Below are positions 1 to 8,136 of a stretch of DNA of 23,171 bases, in pieces. The notes beneath the pieces are model-generated. The model was given only the letters and a program-made list of their open reading frames with translations. It was not told the origin of the DNA and did not search any database. The position numbers and the translations under genes are program-made. The DNA comes from a virus (taxonomy: Duplodnaviria; Heunggongvirae; Uroviricota; Caudoviricetes), in the IMG/VR virus record IMGVR_UViG_2531839128_000009, one strand, 5' to 3'. How positions within the stretch are numbered: the first letter of the stretch is position 1; the number at the start of each line of letters is the position of its first letter.

Positions 1-75
1 AAGGATAGAGGCTTTGTTGAATTTCAAGACACATTGGACATATTCAATGAACGAATGCAATCTCTAAAAAAATAA
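1..75 (+). CDS. possible 3' end of a gene starting upstream of the window (hypothetical)
   Basis: Frame is open from nt 1 for 24 codons (…LDIFNERMQSLKK) and ends at TAA 73-75. No start or RBS is visible because the 5' part would lie outside the window. Confidence 0.2.
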   Translation, partial: KDRGFVEFQDTLDIFNERMQSLKK

Positions 76-295
76 AGCCACTGAGATAGGGCTGCTCTCT
101 GTCAATTACCGCTCTTGGCACATAGCAGCCCTAGAAATGGTGACGTATAGTCATAGATGGTCGGTGGCAGGAGATGCAAATCATCTCATACAAAAATACG
201 TAAAATCAATAACGGCTAGAAATTATTCAACACTCGCACTATCGACATTTCACCAGCTAACCGTAGCACGTTCTTGCATACGACGCGCTACGGTT

Positions 296-850
296 TCATT
301 TATCTCCAACCGGAAACTTCTTATACAGTGTCGATATACCAACATCATAGATGATCGCCACCTTCTGGCGAGGAACGCCTGATGCAATTAATCGCCCGGC
401 CTGCGCCCATTGTTCTGGTGTAAGTTTGGGACGACGTCCACCAATTCGTCCCTGTGCGCGAGCAGCTTCCAGTCCAGCTTTTGTTCGTTCAATAATCAGT
501 TCTCGTTCCATTTCAGCCAGGGCACCCATCACATGAAAGAAAAAACGCCCCATCGGTGTGCTGGTATCAATAGCATCCGTCAGGCTGCGAAAATTAACGC
601 CACGTTCGCGCAACTCCTCAACCAGAATGACCAGATGCCGCATACTACGCCCCAGCCGATCCAGCTTCCAGACAACCAGAGTGTCACCTGCCGATAATGT
701 CCTGAGCAGTTTTTTCAGTCCCGGCCTTTCGGACTTTGTACCGCTTATCTTGTCTTCAAAAATCAGCTCGCATCCTGCACAGTTCAGTGCATTACGTTGT
801 AGATCTGTGTTCTGGTCATTTGTTGACACGCGTACATAGCCAATAAGCAT
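296..850 (-). CDS. serine-recombinase DNA invertase, Hin/Gin/Pin/Cin family
   Basis: Translation begins MLIGYVRVSTNDQNTDLQRNAL…, with the catalytic-serine N-terminal motif, the conserved VVWKLDRLGRS and FFHVMGALAEMERELIIERT blocks and a C-terminal HTH tail, as in small DNA invertases. Start ATG 848-850 has a GGGGAG SD 7 nt upstream; the track ORF starts 12 codons earlier at another ATG. It sits directly outside the left crossover site. Confidence 0.93.
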   Translation of the reverse strand: MLIGYVRVSTNDQNTDLQRNALNCAGCELIFEDKISGTKSERPGLKKLLRTLSAGDTLVVWKLDRLGRSMRHLVILVEELRERGVNFRSLTDAIDTSTPMGRFFFHVMGALAEMERELIIERTKAGLEAARAQGRIGGRRPKLTPEQWAQAGRLIASGVPRQKVAIIYDVGISTLYKKFPVGDK

Positions 851-904
851 GGTAGATCTCCCCGACAAAAGCAGGAATGATGCCATTTGCTTGTTATTTC
901 TGCA

Positions 905-930
905 TTTTCATAAACGTTGGTTTGGGAGAA
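905..930. other. left crossover site of the invertible segment (gix/hix-like, 26 bp)
   Basis: Plus strand TTTTCATAAACGTTGGTTTGGGAGAA; its reverse complement TTCTCCCAAACCAACGTTTATGAAAA matches the right site at 14 of 14 positions in the inner half plus central AA. Imperfect dyad around a 2-bp core, as in Din-family sites. Confidence 0.75.
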
Positions 931-1212
931 GGTGCTAACTGGGTTATGTTACCTGGAGGAATGATAATTCAGCGTGTTTATCTTGGATTTCCTGTCGGCA
1001 CCAATGTAAGACACATAACTTTCCCCCGGTCGTTTACAACAACGAACTATTCAATCTCAATTAACTGGAATGATATCGGTACTGCAACAACTGAAACACA
1101 ATCTCCAGCAAATGTGGCGGTTGTTCATCAAACAAAATCATTAACAGGGGCCAGCATCTGGCAGGCAGGTCCCGGGGGATTTAATGTGGACATTATAGCG
1201 GTGGGGTATTGA
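919..1212 (+). CDS. alternative (currently silent) tail-fiber C-terminal variable segment
   Basis: Open frame reading through the left crossover site in the same codon phase as the tail-fiber constant region. Both variable regions begin with GLGEG, encoded by the conserved inner half-site. After inversion it would fuse to fiber codons 1-119. Stop at 1210-1212. Confidence 0.7.
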   Translation, partial: GLGEGANWVMLPGGMIIQRVYLGFPVGTNVRHITFPRSFTTTNYSISINWNDIGTATTETQSPANVAVVHQTKSLTGASIWQAGPGGFNVDIIAVGY

Positions 1213-1213
1213 T

Positions 1214-1642
1214 ATGTACGTATGGAGCGCTAAAGCAAATGGCTTTTTCCCCATAGCGGAGAAAGAAAAATTTGAGGCATCAGGTATGTGGCCTGATGAT
1301 GGTGTAATAGTCAGTGAAGAAGAACATAAAAAGTTATTTATGGATATTCCACCAGGAAAACAGATTGGAACACAGAATGGAAAACCAGCACTGATAGATA
1401 TTCCTCAGCCGACCAAAAAGGAATTAATCGCTATTGCTGAAGTTAAAAAATCCCAATTACGGGAAAAAGCTGACAGTGAAATATCCTGGCGTCAGGATGC
1501 TGTTGATGCTGATATCGCAACTGATGAAGAAACTTCAACTCTCACCGAATGGAAGAAATACCGTGTGCTGCTGATGCGTGTTGATACTTCAACAGCACCC
1601 GATATTGAATGGCCTACGCCTCCGGCAGTTCAGGCCAGATGA
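1214..1642 (+). CDS. tail fiber assembly protein, alternative copy
   Basis: 142-aa ORF directly after the alternative fiber segment. Its C-terminus [15 protein letters not shown] matches the C-terminus of the minus-strand copy ([15 protein letters not shown]). Confidence 0.8.
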   Translation: MYVWSAKANGFFPIAEKEKFEASGMWPDDGVIVSEEEHKKLFMDIPPGKQIGTQNGKPALIDIPQPTKKELIAIAEVKKSQLREKADSEISWRQDAVDADIATDEETSTLTEWKKYRVLLMRVDTSTAPDIEWPTPPAVQAR

Positions 1643-2219
1643 CATCCGGCGCGGTGCTGGTATCTGTTACCGTCACCGCGTCAATGTAATCCAGCACGGC
1701 GTTAAGTCGGGTTGTTTCTGCCTGCGTCAGCTTCCGCCCGGCCTGTAATTTCAGTTGAATCAGACTGATGGAAGCCATTGCAGTATCCATCAGCGACTGG
1801 CGCTGTGCTTCTGCTGCATCTACTGCGGCGCTATGCTGTGCCTCGGTATCCGTCACCCATTTCTCACCATTCCATTTATCGTATGGCGTTAACGGGGCGA
1901 TAGTGGTTGTATTATCAGGGTAATCCCCCGGAGCTGTGATTTCTTTTGATTCTCCCGTTTCGGTGTTATAGACAACTTCACCGCGATGATCTGGCACATA
2001 TTCCCATGAGTTAAAATCTGCCGAACGGCAGATTGCATAACCAGCCTTATGTGTGCCAGGAGCATCTAAACAGGAATATGCGGGGATACCGACACCCACA
2101 GCAAGATATTCAATTGATGCAGAAATATACTCCCGTGTCTCACTGTCATAGTTATAAACGGTAATCTCTCCTGCCTTTGTGGCAATAAATTTATTATTTA
2201 AGATGGCGTTATACATCAT
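1614..2219 (-). CDS. tail fiber assembly protein, copy matching the expressed fiber
   Basis: 201-aa ORF; its start codon overlaps the fiber stop (ATGA). The 3' end overlaps the convergent copy by 29 bp. Confidence 0.85.
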   Translation of the reverse strand: MMYNAILNNKFIATKAGEITVYNYDSETREYISASIEYLAVGVGIPAYSCLDAPGTHKAGYAICRSADFNSWEYVPDHRGEVVYNTETGESKEITAPGDYPDNTTTIAPLTPYDKWNGEKWVTDTEAQHSAAVDAAEAQRQSLMDTAMASISLIQLKLQAGRKLTQAETTRLNAVLDYIDAVTVTDTSTAPDVIWPELPEA

Positions 2220-3091
2220 GCAGCCCTCACAATGTAATTAAATGAAATATTACGTGGGCGTGTCTCTGCTGCACCGACAATACTGGTACTCAACCCCGTT
2301 GCCGTTCGTTTGTTATTTTTATTTCCTTCAATCAAACAGTTGTAATCATCATTACCAATTAACGAATTGGTGGCATCAATACTGTCCGGGGACAAGGCAT
2401 TAGTTGTGGAACTTAAAGTCAGCATCTCGTCTGAACTTGGAAGATTTTTTAATGGTGTTTCATTGCGTGAAATACCCGCGTAAAAAAAGGACTCATGCCT
2501 GTGAGCTTCAAAAGAGTCATCCTGAAGACTTAGCAAGGCTCGCCCCGCATCCACTCCACGTCCATCATCCCAGCCACGAATAAATTCACCGCGTAAATCA
2601 GGCAATTTATTGGTCGGGTAAGCCTTTGCCAGTTCCGGGTATTCTTCAGCAGAAAAAGCCGCACCATTGCATTTCAGCCAGCCTGTTGGCGGAGTGGCTG
2701 AAGGCCACGGAACAGGGACCCCAACCGGTAATGCAGAGCCTTCTCCCAAACCAAGGTTTTCGAGAGCCGTTTTCACCGCGCCATCCGATTTGATATCACC
2801 AAACGGATTCTTGCGGCTCAGGTATTCAACAGCAAACCCCGATCCCAGCAATTCAACAAAACCGGGCAGATCACCATTATCAAGCACATCCCGTTGCGTT
2901 TTGTCACTTACAAACTGGGCCAGAGCTGCAGCAATAAAGCTGGCCTGCCGAATAACCTTATTGACTTGCGCACTGGATGCTTTCCCTGCTGTAAATCCGG
3001 ATAAAAGCGCAGGCAACGCTTCCCATTCCTCCTGCGACATAACATTGGCATTCCGATCAGTTGCAAACGCTTTAAAGTCATTTTTCGCCAT
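2216..3091 (-). CDS. tail fiber protein (constant N-terminal part plus currently expressed variable C-terminal part)
   Basis: Translation MAKNDFKAF…NLGLGEG…[10 protein letters not shown]…[17 protein letters not shown]…[13 protein letters not shown], a collar-type fiber C-terminus as I recall it from P2 H / Mu S-like fibers. Start ATG 3089-3091 overlaps the upstream stop (TGATG); an alternative ATG lies at 3107-3109. The right crossover site lies inside the gene at codons about 118-125. Confidence 0.85.
   Translation of the reverse strand: MAKNDFKAFATDRNANVMSQEEWEALPALLSGFTAGKASSAQVNKVIRQASFIAAALAQFVSDKTQRDVLDNGDLPGFVELLGSGFAVEYLSRKNPFGDIKSDGAVKTALENLGLGEGSALPVGVPVPWPSATPPTGWLKCNGAAFSAEEYPELAKAYPTNKLPDLRGEFIRGWDDGRGVDAGRALLSLQDDSFEAHRHESFFYAGISRNETPLKNLPSSDEMLTLSSTTNALSPDSIDATNSLIGNDDYNCLIEGNKNNKRTATGLSTSIVGAAETRPRNISFNYIVRAA
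2741..2766. other. right crossover site of the invertible segment (26 bp), inside the tail fiber gene
   Basis: TTCTCCCAAACCAAGGTTTTCGAGAG: half-sites flanking a central AA, with the inner 14 nt identical to the left site in inverted orientation. Confidence 0.75.
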
Positions 3092-3771
3092 CAGAGTAAT
3101 ACTCCCCATGCCCCTACATCAAAACCACTGATGAATTCGTTATCCATATCAAAACCAAAAAATTTTGAACCTTCCGATGGAGTTTCCACCGAAGGTGTTT
3201 CAATGCCACCCGCCCAAACCCCGGCGGCTTTTACTGTGAGATATCCCTGTTTAATTGCAGCAATTAACTCACGCGATACATCTGAAATATCAGTATCAGG
3301 AAAGAGCCAGACCGATATCGTCATGTCCTGGTTATCGACTATCTGCATTCGCAGTCCGGATCCTGCTGTCGCCGCGTCAAGAATTGCTGGAAGCGAATCA
3401 TTCCGTCCGTCCCAGTTATTAATCGCAATCTTCGCTTTAAGGATGACACGATAAGTTTCATCGCTGAGGTACATGTATCCGGAATCAGGATCGTATGGCC
3501 CCTGCCATACACCATGATCATATCCAAGCCCGTCGGTATCCCAGCTGAAATAGACACCTGAGATAGGCTGGCTGACAACACGGCTACGTCCGATCCACAA
3601 TCCAAGAATGTCAAGTTGCACACCAACCGCAGAGTCAATATCAAATGCAGTAATCAGCCCTCTGGTGGCAGCCGCAACATCAATAAGCGGCCGGGTCATC
3701 AGATCAACATGTGCAAGAAATTTAGGTTTGGTGGCGTGGTAGTTCGTGATCAGTTCGGTGTATTTGCTCAT
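3091..3771 (-). CDS. baseplate / tail protein (gpI- or Mu gp48-like by position)
   Basis: 226-aa ORF immediately upstream of the tail fiber gene, overlapping neighbours on both sides. Assignment is from synteny only. Confidence 0.65.
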   Translation of the reverse strand: MSKYTELITNYHATKPKFLAHVDLMTRPLIDVAAATRGLITAFDIDSAVGVQLDILGLWIGRSRVVSQPISGVYFSWDTDGLGYDHGVWQGPYDPDSGYMYLSDETYRVILKAKIAINNWDGRNDSLPAILDAATAGSGLRMQIVDNQDMTISVWLFPDTDISDVSRELIAAIKQGYLTVKAAGVWAGGIETPSVETPSEGSKFFGFDMDNEFISGFDVGAWGVLL

Positions 3772-4967
3772 GACTCCACCGTTATAACGATATTTTCCGG
3801 TGTACAGGACGCAGATTCGTTGTATCTGATATCAATGTTTGATGACGACAAAGCCCCCGGGGATTTCCCAATCGTCAGTTCCTGAATATCGTAATAGCGT
3901 GCATTCCCGCCACTCACCACGCCAAGATTCGCCGGTGAGTAAATGCGACTTAAAAGGACCGAATCACCAATCATCAGACTATTGATATAGTCGGAAATAG
4001 CCTGCTGGATCTGCTGCCCTATCTGTGAGGTATAACCCGTAAAAACTTTTAATTTAATCCGGGCATAAACAGGTACATCACTGGAACGCGAGAATTTGAT
4101 TACATGGGGATTGCCGTATTTATCCGGAACCGTAACGGATGTTCTACCGTGAGTGGCTGTCCCCTGGCCTTTATTCCCTCTAATAGCCTGAGCAATATCC
4201 GTCACATCACCGCCATCCACAATTACAGCAACAGAGTGTGGCGGTAACCCGTTACCGTCCTCCGAACCAGTATCGTTTTCATAGAGTTTGTGGCGGGTTA
4301 CACCGGTAACATTAGAAACAGCACCATCCAGTGCTTCAAATGGGGTTATTGATGGCAACGCAACACTTTGCGACTGGCGGATACGTAACTCAGCATCAGT
4401 TTCTGCCGGAGAGCCAACAGTAGCCGCAGCAGGATTAGTTACCGAAACCCAGCCACGGGTTGGCGTATTAATTTCAGTGATAGTTCCAGCCAGCGCCGCC
4501 ACTGCACCACTGACGGAACATGTTGCGGTCGCCATCACTGTACCATCCACGCCGACCACCACTGAAGCAGGCAAACGCCATATCACATTATTACTGTCTT
4601 TCACGCTGCCATTAATGATGGTTGTTCCGGCAGTTCCTGTAAGAAGCAAATCAACCGTAGAGTTCGTCGCGCCTTTACGTGAAATACCATTTATTTTCAC
4701 GTTACTGGTCAGTGCAGCCCCATAGCCGGTTGCCGGTGAAAAACAGTTGTAGACAGTTATCGCCATATTATTGGCATCATGAATCGCCAGCGCCGTCAGA
4801 GCCACCATCTGGCCGTCTTTGCTGTCCGGTTCGAGGTAGGCATCACTGCCATAAATCTGCTGAAAATAGCTAATCAGGGTGCTGAGTATCGTCTGATAAT
4901 CAGGCGCACTGATCCCCTCCGCGGTTACCTTTGCAGATAAACCGAGAGAATCAAGGTTCAGAGCCAT
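3768..4967 (-). CDS. baseplate J-like protein (baseplate wedge)
   Basis: 399-aa ORF with size and position of gpJ / Mu gp47-type proteins. Start overlaps the upstream gene. Confidence 0.75.
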   Translation of the reverse strand: MALNLDSLGLSAKVTAEGISAPDYQTILSTLISYFQQIYGSDAYLEPDSKDGQMVALTALAIHDANNMAITVYNCFSPATGYGAALTSNVKINGISRKGATNSTVDLLLTGTAGTTIINGSVKDSNNVIWRLPASVVVGVDGTVMATATCSVSGAVAALAGTITEINTPTRGWVSVTNPAAATVGSPAETDAELRIRQSQSVALPSITPFEALDGAVSNVTGVTRHKLYENDTGSEDGNGLPPHSVAVIVDGGDVTDIAQAIRGNKGQGTATHGRTSVTVPDKYGNPHVIKFSRSSDVPVYARIKLKVFTGYTSQIGQQIQQAISDYINSLMIGDSVLLSRIYSPANLGVVSGGNARYYDIQELTIGKSPGALSSSNIDIRYNESASCTPENIVITVES

Positions 4968-5320
4968 TACGCCTCCGATGTAACAGTCGTTATTCCATAG
5001 AGAGTGTCGATTTCAGCGGAAAACATGACACGTCGGGTCGTGGTATCCACCGTCGTATTGAAAGAGAGGATTGATTTAACGCCCCGCGTTTCCAGAATGC
5101 GTTTTCTGATCGCCAGGTTGTAAGTTTCCGGTTTTTGCCTGCCCAGCACGGACTGGATCCACGGAGTCCCCTCGGTGGTGTCGAGAAACCATTGCCCATA
5201 CCACAATTCGAATCGCGTTTTTACCGCCTGCGCCACGGCCTCCAGTGAGTTAATCAGCCAGGTGTCATCACCGCTGCCAAAGGTGTAATCGCCATCGGCG
5301 TCTTCACGTCTGTATCGCAT
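4967..5320 (-). CDS. small baseplate protein (gpW / gp25-like by position)
   Basis: 117-aa ORF between the spike-like and J-like genes. Assignment is from synteny. Confidence 0.6.
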   Translation of the reverse strand: MRYRREDADGDYTFGSGDDTWLINSLEAVAQAVKTRFELWYGQWFLDTTEGTPWIQSVLGRQKPETYNLAIRKRILETRGVKSILSFNTTVDTTTRRVMFSAEIDTLYGITTVTSEA

Positions 5321-6072
5321 TAGTTTACCCCATCGGTATTGCTTCCACCGCGCTGAACACCGCCATGAGTGTGCGTATCATCGATTGGCTTGCCGTTAGC
5401 CTTAACGCTCCCCAAGAACTCAACAGCACCAGTGATTTTTGAAGCCACACCAGAAACAACAGACCCCACCATGCCCCCCATCCAGGTTAACAGGCCATGA
5501 ATGGTTACTTTCTCAGAAAAATCAGCCAGAGGGGCAACCACATCAAGACCACCCGGGGCGACAATTTTAATTTTCCGGGTATCAGGATTAAGCTCAAAAT
5601 AGGTGCTGCCGTCGTCACTACGCAACTGTGTGGCACTGATATTAATACCGCTAATCTTCCTCGCCTGCGACTGGGGACCGGCTATACAAAACGCATCCGA
5701 TAAATCATGCATTCTGTCATCGACCGGCTCCTGTATCCCACCGCTCTGCCACCAGAAATCAATACAACGATCGGCAAAAACGACAAGACACTCATCCCCG
5801 GCTTTAACCGGAAAAGTCAACGTACAGCCTCCGCCGCGCGGAAATACCACTGGCACATCCACCAGCAACGGGTAATTTTTGGTAATGCGGTTACCGTCGT
5901 TATCCTTTTCAACCGAACGGATAGCTGGCTGTACAACCGCCGTCACCGCGTCGGGATCGAATGACTGAACAATGCCAGGCAAGGCGACACGGATCTGGTT
6001 CTTTGTTGTTTCCCGTTCAGATTTGAATGTTTCGGCAAGGTCGCCGCTGCGGGTCTGGTCAGATACTGCCAT
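5320..6072 (-). CDS. baseplate spike / gpV-like protein
   Basis: 250-aa ORF with a GGAG SD 8 nt upstream of ATG 6070-6072. Position and size fit a baseplate assembly V / central spike protein. Confidence 0.7.
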   Translation of the reverse strand: MAVSDQTRSGDLAETFKSERETTKNQIRVALPGIVQSFDPDAVTAVVQPAIRSVEKDNDGNRITKNYPLLVDVPVVFPRGGGCTLTFPVKAGDECLVVFADRCIDFWWQSGGIQEPVDDRMHDLSDAFCIAGPQSQARKISGINISATQLRSDDGSTYFELNPDTRKIKIVAPGGLDVVAPLADFSEKVTIHGLLTWMGGMVGSVVSGVASKITGAVEFLGSVKANGKPIDDTHTHGGVQRGGSNTDGVN

Positions 6073-6091
6073 TTAGTAGGCTCCAGAAAGC

Positions 6092-6116
6092 AAAAAACCC
6101 GCCGGGTGGCGGGTTC
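6092..6116 (-). terminator. rho-independent terminator after the small membrane-protein gene
   Basis: Perfect 7-bp GC-rich stem ACCCGCC / GGCGGGT (6097-6103 and 6108-6114) with a 4-nt loop, followed on the minus strand by TTTTTTG. It lies 16 nt past the stop of 6132-6371. Confidence 0.75.
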
Positions 6117-6131
6117 ATTATTGAAGTTTCA

Positions 6132-6371
6132 TTACTGCTTGTTTGCTTCTAACGCTTCAGCTATTCGGCGAAGATACTCATTGTTTTTAAATGAAACCAT
6201 GATGCACTCAAAGAATATTCGGCAAAATACAGCACATAACAAAAGCACTAAAGCGCCAGCAGCCTTCCCATTAACAAACGTTATAATGGCGGCAACAACC
6301 AGAAGTAACATTGTGATGCCATACAGAACGTTGATGATTTTTGGAGTTATTAATTTATCAAATCCGAACAT
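6132..6371 (-). CDS. small two-TM membrane protein (inserted accessory gene, function unknown)
   Basis: 79-aa ORF with two hydrophobic stretches (IINVLYGITMLLLVVAAIITFV and AAGALVLLLCAVFCRIFFECIMV) and an AAGGA SD 9 nt upstream of the ATG. AT-rich by eye relative to flanking structural genes. Has its own promoter-like element and terminator. Confidence 0.8.
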   Translation of the reverse strand: MFGFDKLITPKIINVLYGITMLLLVVAAIITFVNGKAAGALVLLLCAVFCRIFFECIMVSFKNNEYLRRIAEALEANKQ

Positions 6372-6407
6372 GCGACAAATTCCTTATCGTGAAAGTAGAA
6401 GTACCAC

Positions 6408-6436
6408 ATTATAATTACGAGTGATTAATCAACAAT
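6408..6436 (-). promoter_or_regulatory. candidate sigma70 promoter for the small membrane-protein gene
   Basis: Minus-strand TATAAT (plus 6408-6413, perfect -10 consensus) with TTGTTG 16 bp upstream as a weak -35. Lies in the 53-bp gap between the two accessory genes, about 35 nt upstream of the ATG. Confidence 0.5.
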
Positions 6437-6766
6437 CTTTTTGCATGGAAAGGAACCGATGATTTTCGGCGCATCCATGCTGTTCTGCAGCAGTTGGACA
6501 TTCAGGAATCGCGTTTCGGTACCAGGGCGACGAATGTATTCAAAGCCGTAGTTGTTACCGTCTTTGGCAGGCATAAGCCCCATGTCTACTTTCAAACCAT
6601 TGGTACCCAGTTCGGTGATTTTTTGAGAGGTAACTCTTTCACCGTTGATTGTCGATAACTCGCCCTGGTTTGCAACCATAGTGTAGCCACCGCATTTAAC
6701 CGTGAAGCCATCCGCCCACGCGCTGCACGCAGAAAAGACAGCTAACAGAAAAATAATACCCCTCAT
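6425..6766 (-). CDS. small secreted / periplasmic protein of unknown function (accessory gene)
   Basis: 113-aa ORF with N-terminal signal peptide MRGIIFLLAVFSACSAWA followed by DG (AXA-type cleavage; a lipobox reading is less likely). Mature part has two Cys (CGG near the N-terminus, FPCKK near the C-terminus). AGGGGA SD; start is 3 nt after the upstream stop. Confidence 0.8.
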   Translation of the reverse strand: MRGIIFLLAVFSACSAWADGFTVKCGGYTMVANQGELSTINGERVTSQKITELGTNGLKVDMGLMPAKDGNNYGFEYIRRPGTETRFLNVQLLQNSMDAPKIIGSFPCKKIVD

Positions 6767-6769
6767 TGC

Positions 6770-7831
6770 TCATCCCCTTTGCAAAGCCGATTGCGTATAC
6801 AGATCCGCCGCGCCACGCGCTTCGCACATCATATCCATGTACCACGCCTGGCCTCTTGTATCGCCACTGTACATAATCCCGCGCACAATATAAACGCCAT
6901 CCGTTGCGATGCTGGCAGGCTGCGATGTGGTGCCGCTGAGCGTGATATTTCCGTCCGTGTTCTGGTCGGTGATCTGACCACCAGCCATCGCAATATCGTT
7001 GTTCGACAACGCGGTACGATAGACGGAAGCCTGATCCAGCTGAATGAGCCCGTTAACCCGGATGTTCGGATTAATAAGAGCGCGGACGTTTACGCCGTTG
7101 CCGATGGTCTGCTGCGGCATGCCAATAAGCCCGGTAGCACTGTTGAGCACAATCGCTTCGTGAACATATTCATTAGTCGCCACCATCTGGCGCTGACCGT
7201 CCACGAATTGCCATGTTGCGCCACATTGCCCGGCTACGTTATCCATTAGATGCCGCGTCATGCCAAAGAGCACCCGCCCCCGGGGGAATACAGTAGCAGG
7301 CATTTCAGGCGTCAGGCCTTCGGTCGCACCTTTGGCTTCGAAGTCTTTCATCAGCGCACGGTTCACATCAGCGACCGTGTAACCGGCAGCCAGCGTCTGT
7401 GAGGTTATACTGGTGGCAAAAGCCAGATCAGTATCTGCTGCCTGAATCAGGACGTAGGAATCAACCGGACTGTCTTTTCCTGTGACCGAGTAGCGAATTT
7501 CACCGCTGAAAATCAGTCCGTAGTTGCGGCCATCTCTCTGGCCCACGTCCGCCGCGTCAACTTCCCGCACGGTCCCTACGTCGCTTGCTGACACCTCCGG
7601 CGCGATACCGTCGTAACCGGCAATCAGACGCACTTTCGAAAATTCCTGCCCGGTGATTCGGTTCACAGTATCTGCCGAGAGGTTATAAATTTTGATAGTC
7701 CCTACCCGGGACGCGCTGCTGATGTTGAACCAGTCGATCGTAAAGGTGACTTTGAAATCACTTAGCTCAATTCCCTGACCGTTCCCGTCCACAAGCTGCA
7801 GCTCGAAATGTCTCATCCAGTTCTGTGACAT
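6770..7831 (-). CDS. baseplate hub-like protein (by position and size)
   Basis: 353-aa ORF in the baseplate block downstream of the tape measure. Assignment is from synteny. Confidence 0.6.
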   Translation of the reverse strand: MSQNWMRHFELQLVDGNGQGIELSDFKVTFTIDWFNISSASRVGTIKIYNLSADTVNRITGQEFSKVRLIAGYDGIAPEVSASDVGTVREVDAADVGQRDGRNYGLIFSGEIRYSVTGKDSPVDSYVLIQAADTDLAFATSITSQTLAAGYTVADVNRALMKDFEAKGATEGLTPEMPATVFPRGRVLFGMTRHLMDNVAGQCGATWQFVDGQRQMVATNEYVHEAIVLNSATGLIGMPQQTIGNGVNVRALINPNIRVNGLIQLDQASVYRTALSNNDIAMAGGQITDQNTDGNITLSGTTSQPASIATDGVYIVRGIMYSGDTRGQAWYMDMMCEARGAADLYTQSALQRG

Positions 7832-7833
7832 GC

Positions 7834-8136
7834 TTACTCCGTTGATACCAGTAAATGACTGAGGCCGCCCAGATCAGTTTTCGTGGGATAATCCTGTGTG
7901 TTGTCATCGCAGACCACCACCAGCTTAAAACCAAGTCCCATACAGGCGTACTGCGCCAGCAGGTCAGCACCAGTGACGAGAGGAATACCGGAGATTACCG
8001 GCTCCCCTCTGTCGTTCTGCAGGTCCATAATCCAGTACAGATCGCGCCATATGATGCTAATCCGCCAGGTAACACCACCCAGGACGATGCTGAACTGCTG
8101 GTTGTCCGCTGTCAGCGGAATTTCCTGAATTGTCAT
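7834..8136 (-). CDS. small tail / baseplate protein (hypothetical)
   Basis: 100-aa ORF tightly packed between neighbouring tail genes on the same strand. Confidence 0.55.
   Translation of the reverse strand: MTIQEIPLTADNQQFSIVLGGVTWRISIIWRDLYWIMDLQNDRGEPVISGIPLVTGADLLAQYACMGLGFKLVVVCDDNTQDYPTKTDLGGLSHLLVSTE

Larger units (their letters stand above)
918..2753. other. site-specific invertible DNA segment (about 1.8 kb, Mu G / e14 P / P1 C type)
   Basis: Bounded by inverted 26-bp sites at 905-930 and 2741-2766. Contains two alternative tail-fiber C-terminal coding regions and two tail-fiber assembly genes in opposite orientations, with an invertase gene adjacent. Confidence 0.8.

Noticed and set aside
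137-382. 81-aa plus-strand ORF downstream of the invertase
   Set aside because: No SD, and its 3' third overlaps the invertase coding region on the other strand; probably spurious, though the 137-295 part is intergenic.
905-2766. Multi-site shufflon or diversity-generating retroelement acting on the fiber
   Set aside because: Only two crossover sites found by eye, and no reverse transcriptase or template repeat in the window; a simple two-state inversion explains the data.
3339-3644. 101-aa minus-strand ORF
   Set aside because: Nested in another frame inside the 3091-3771 gene; no independent signals.
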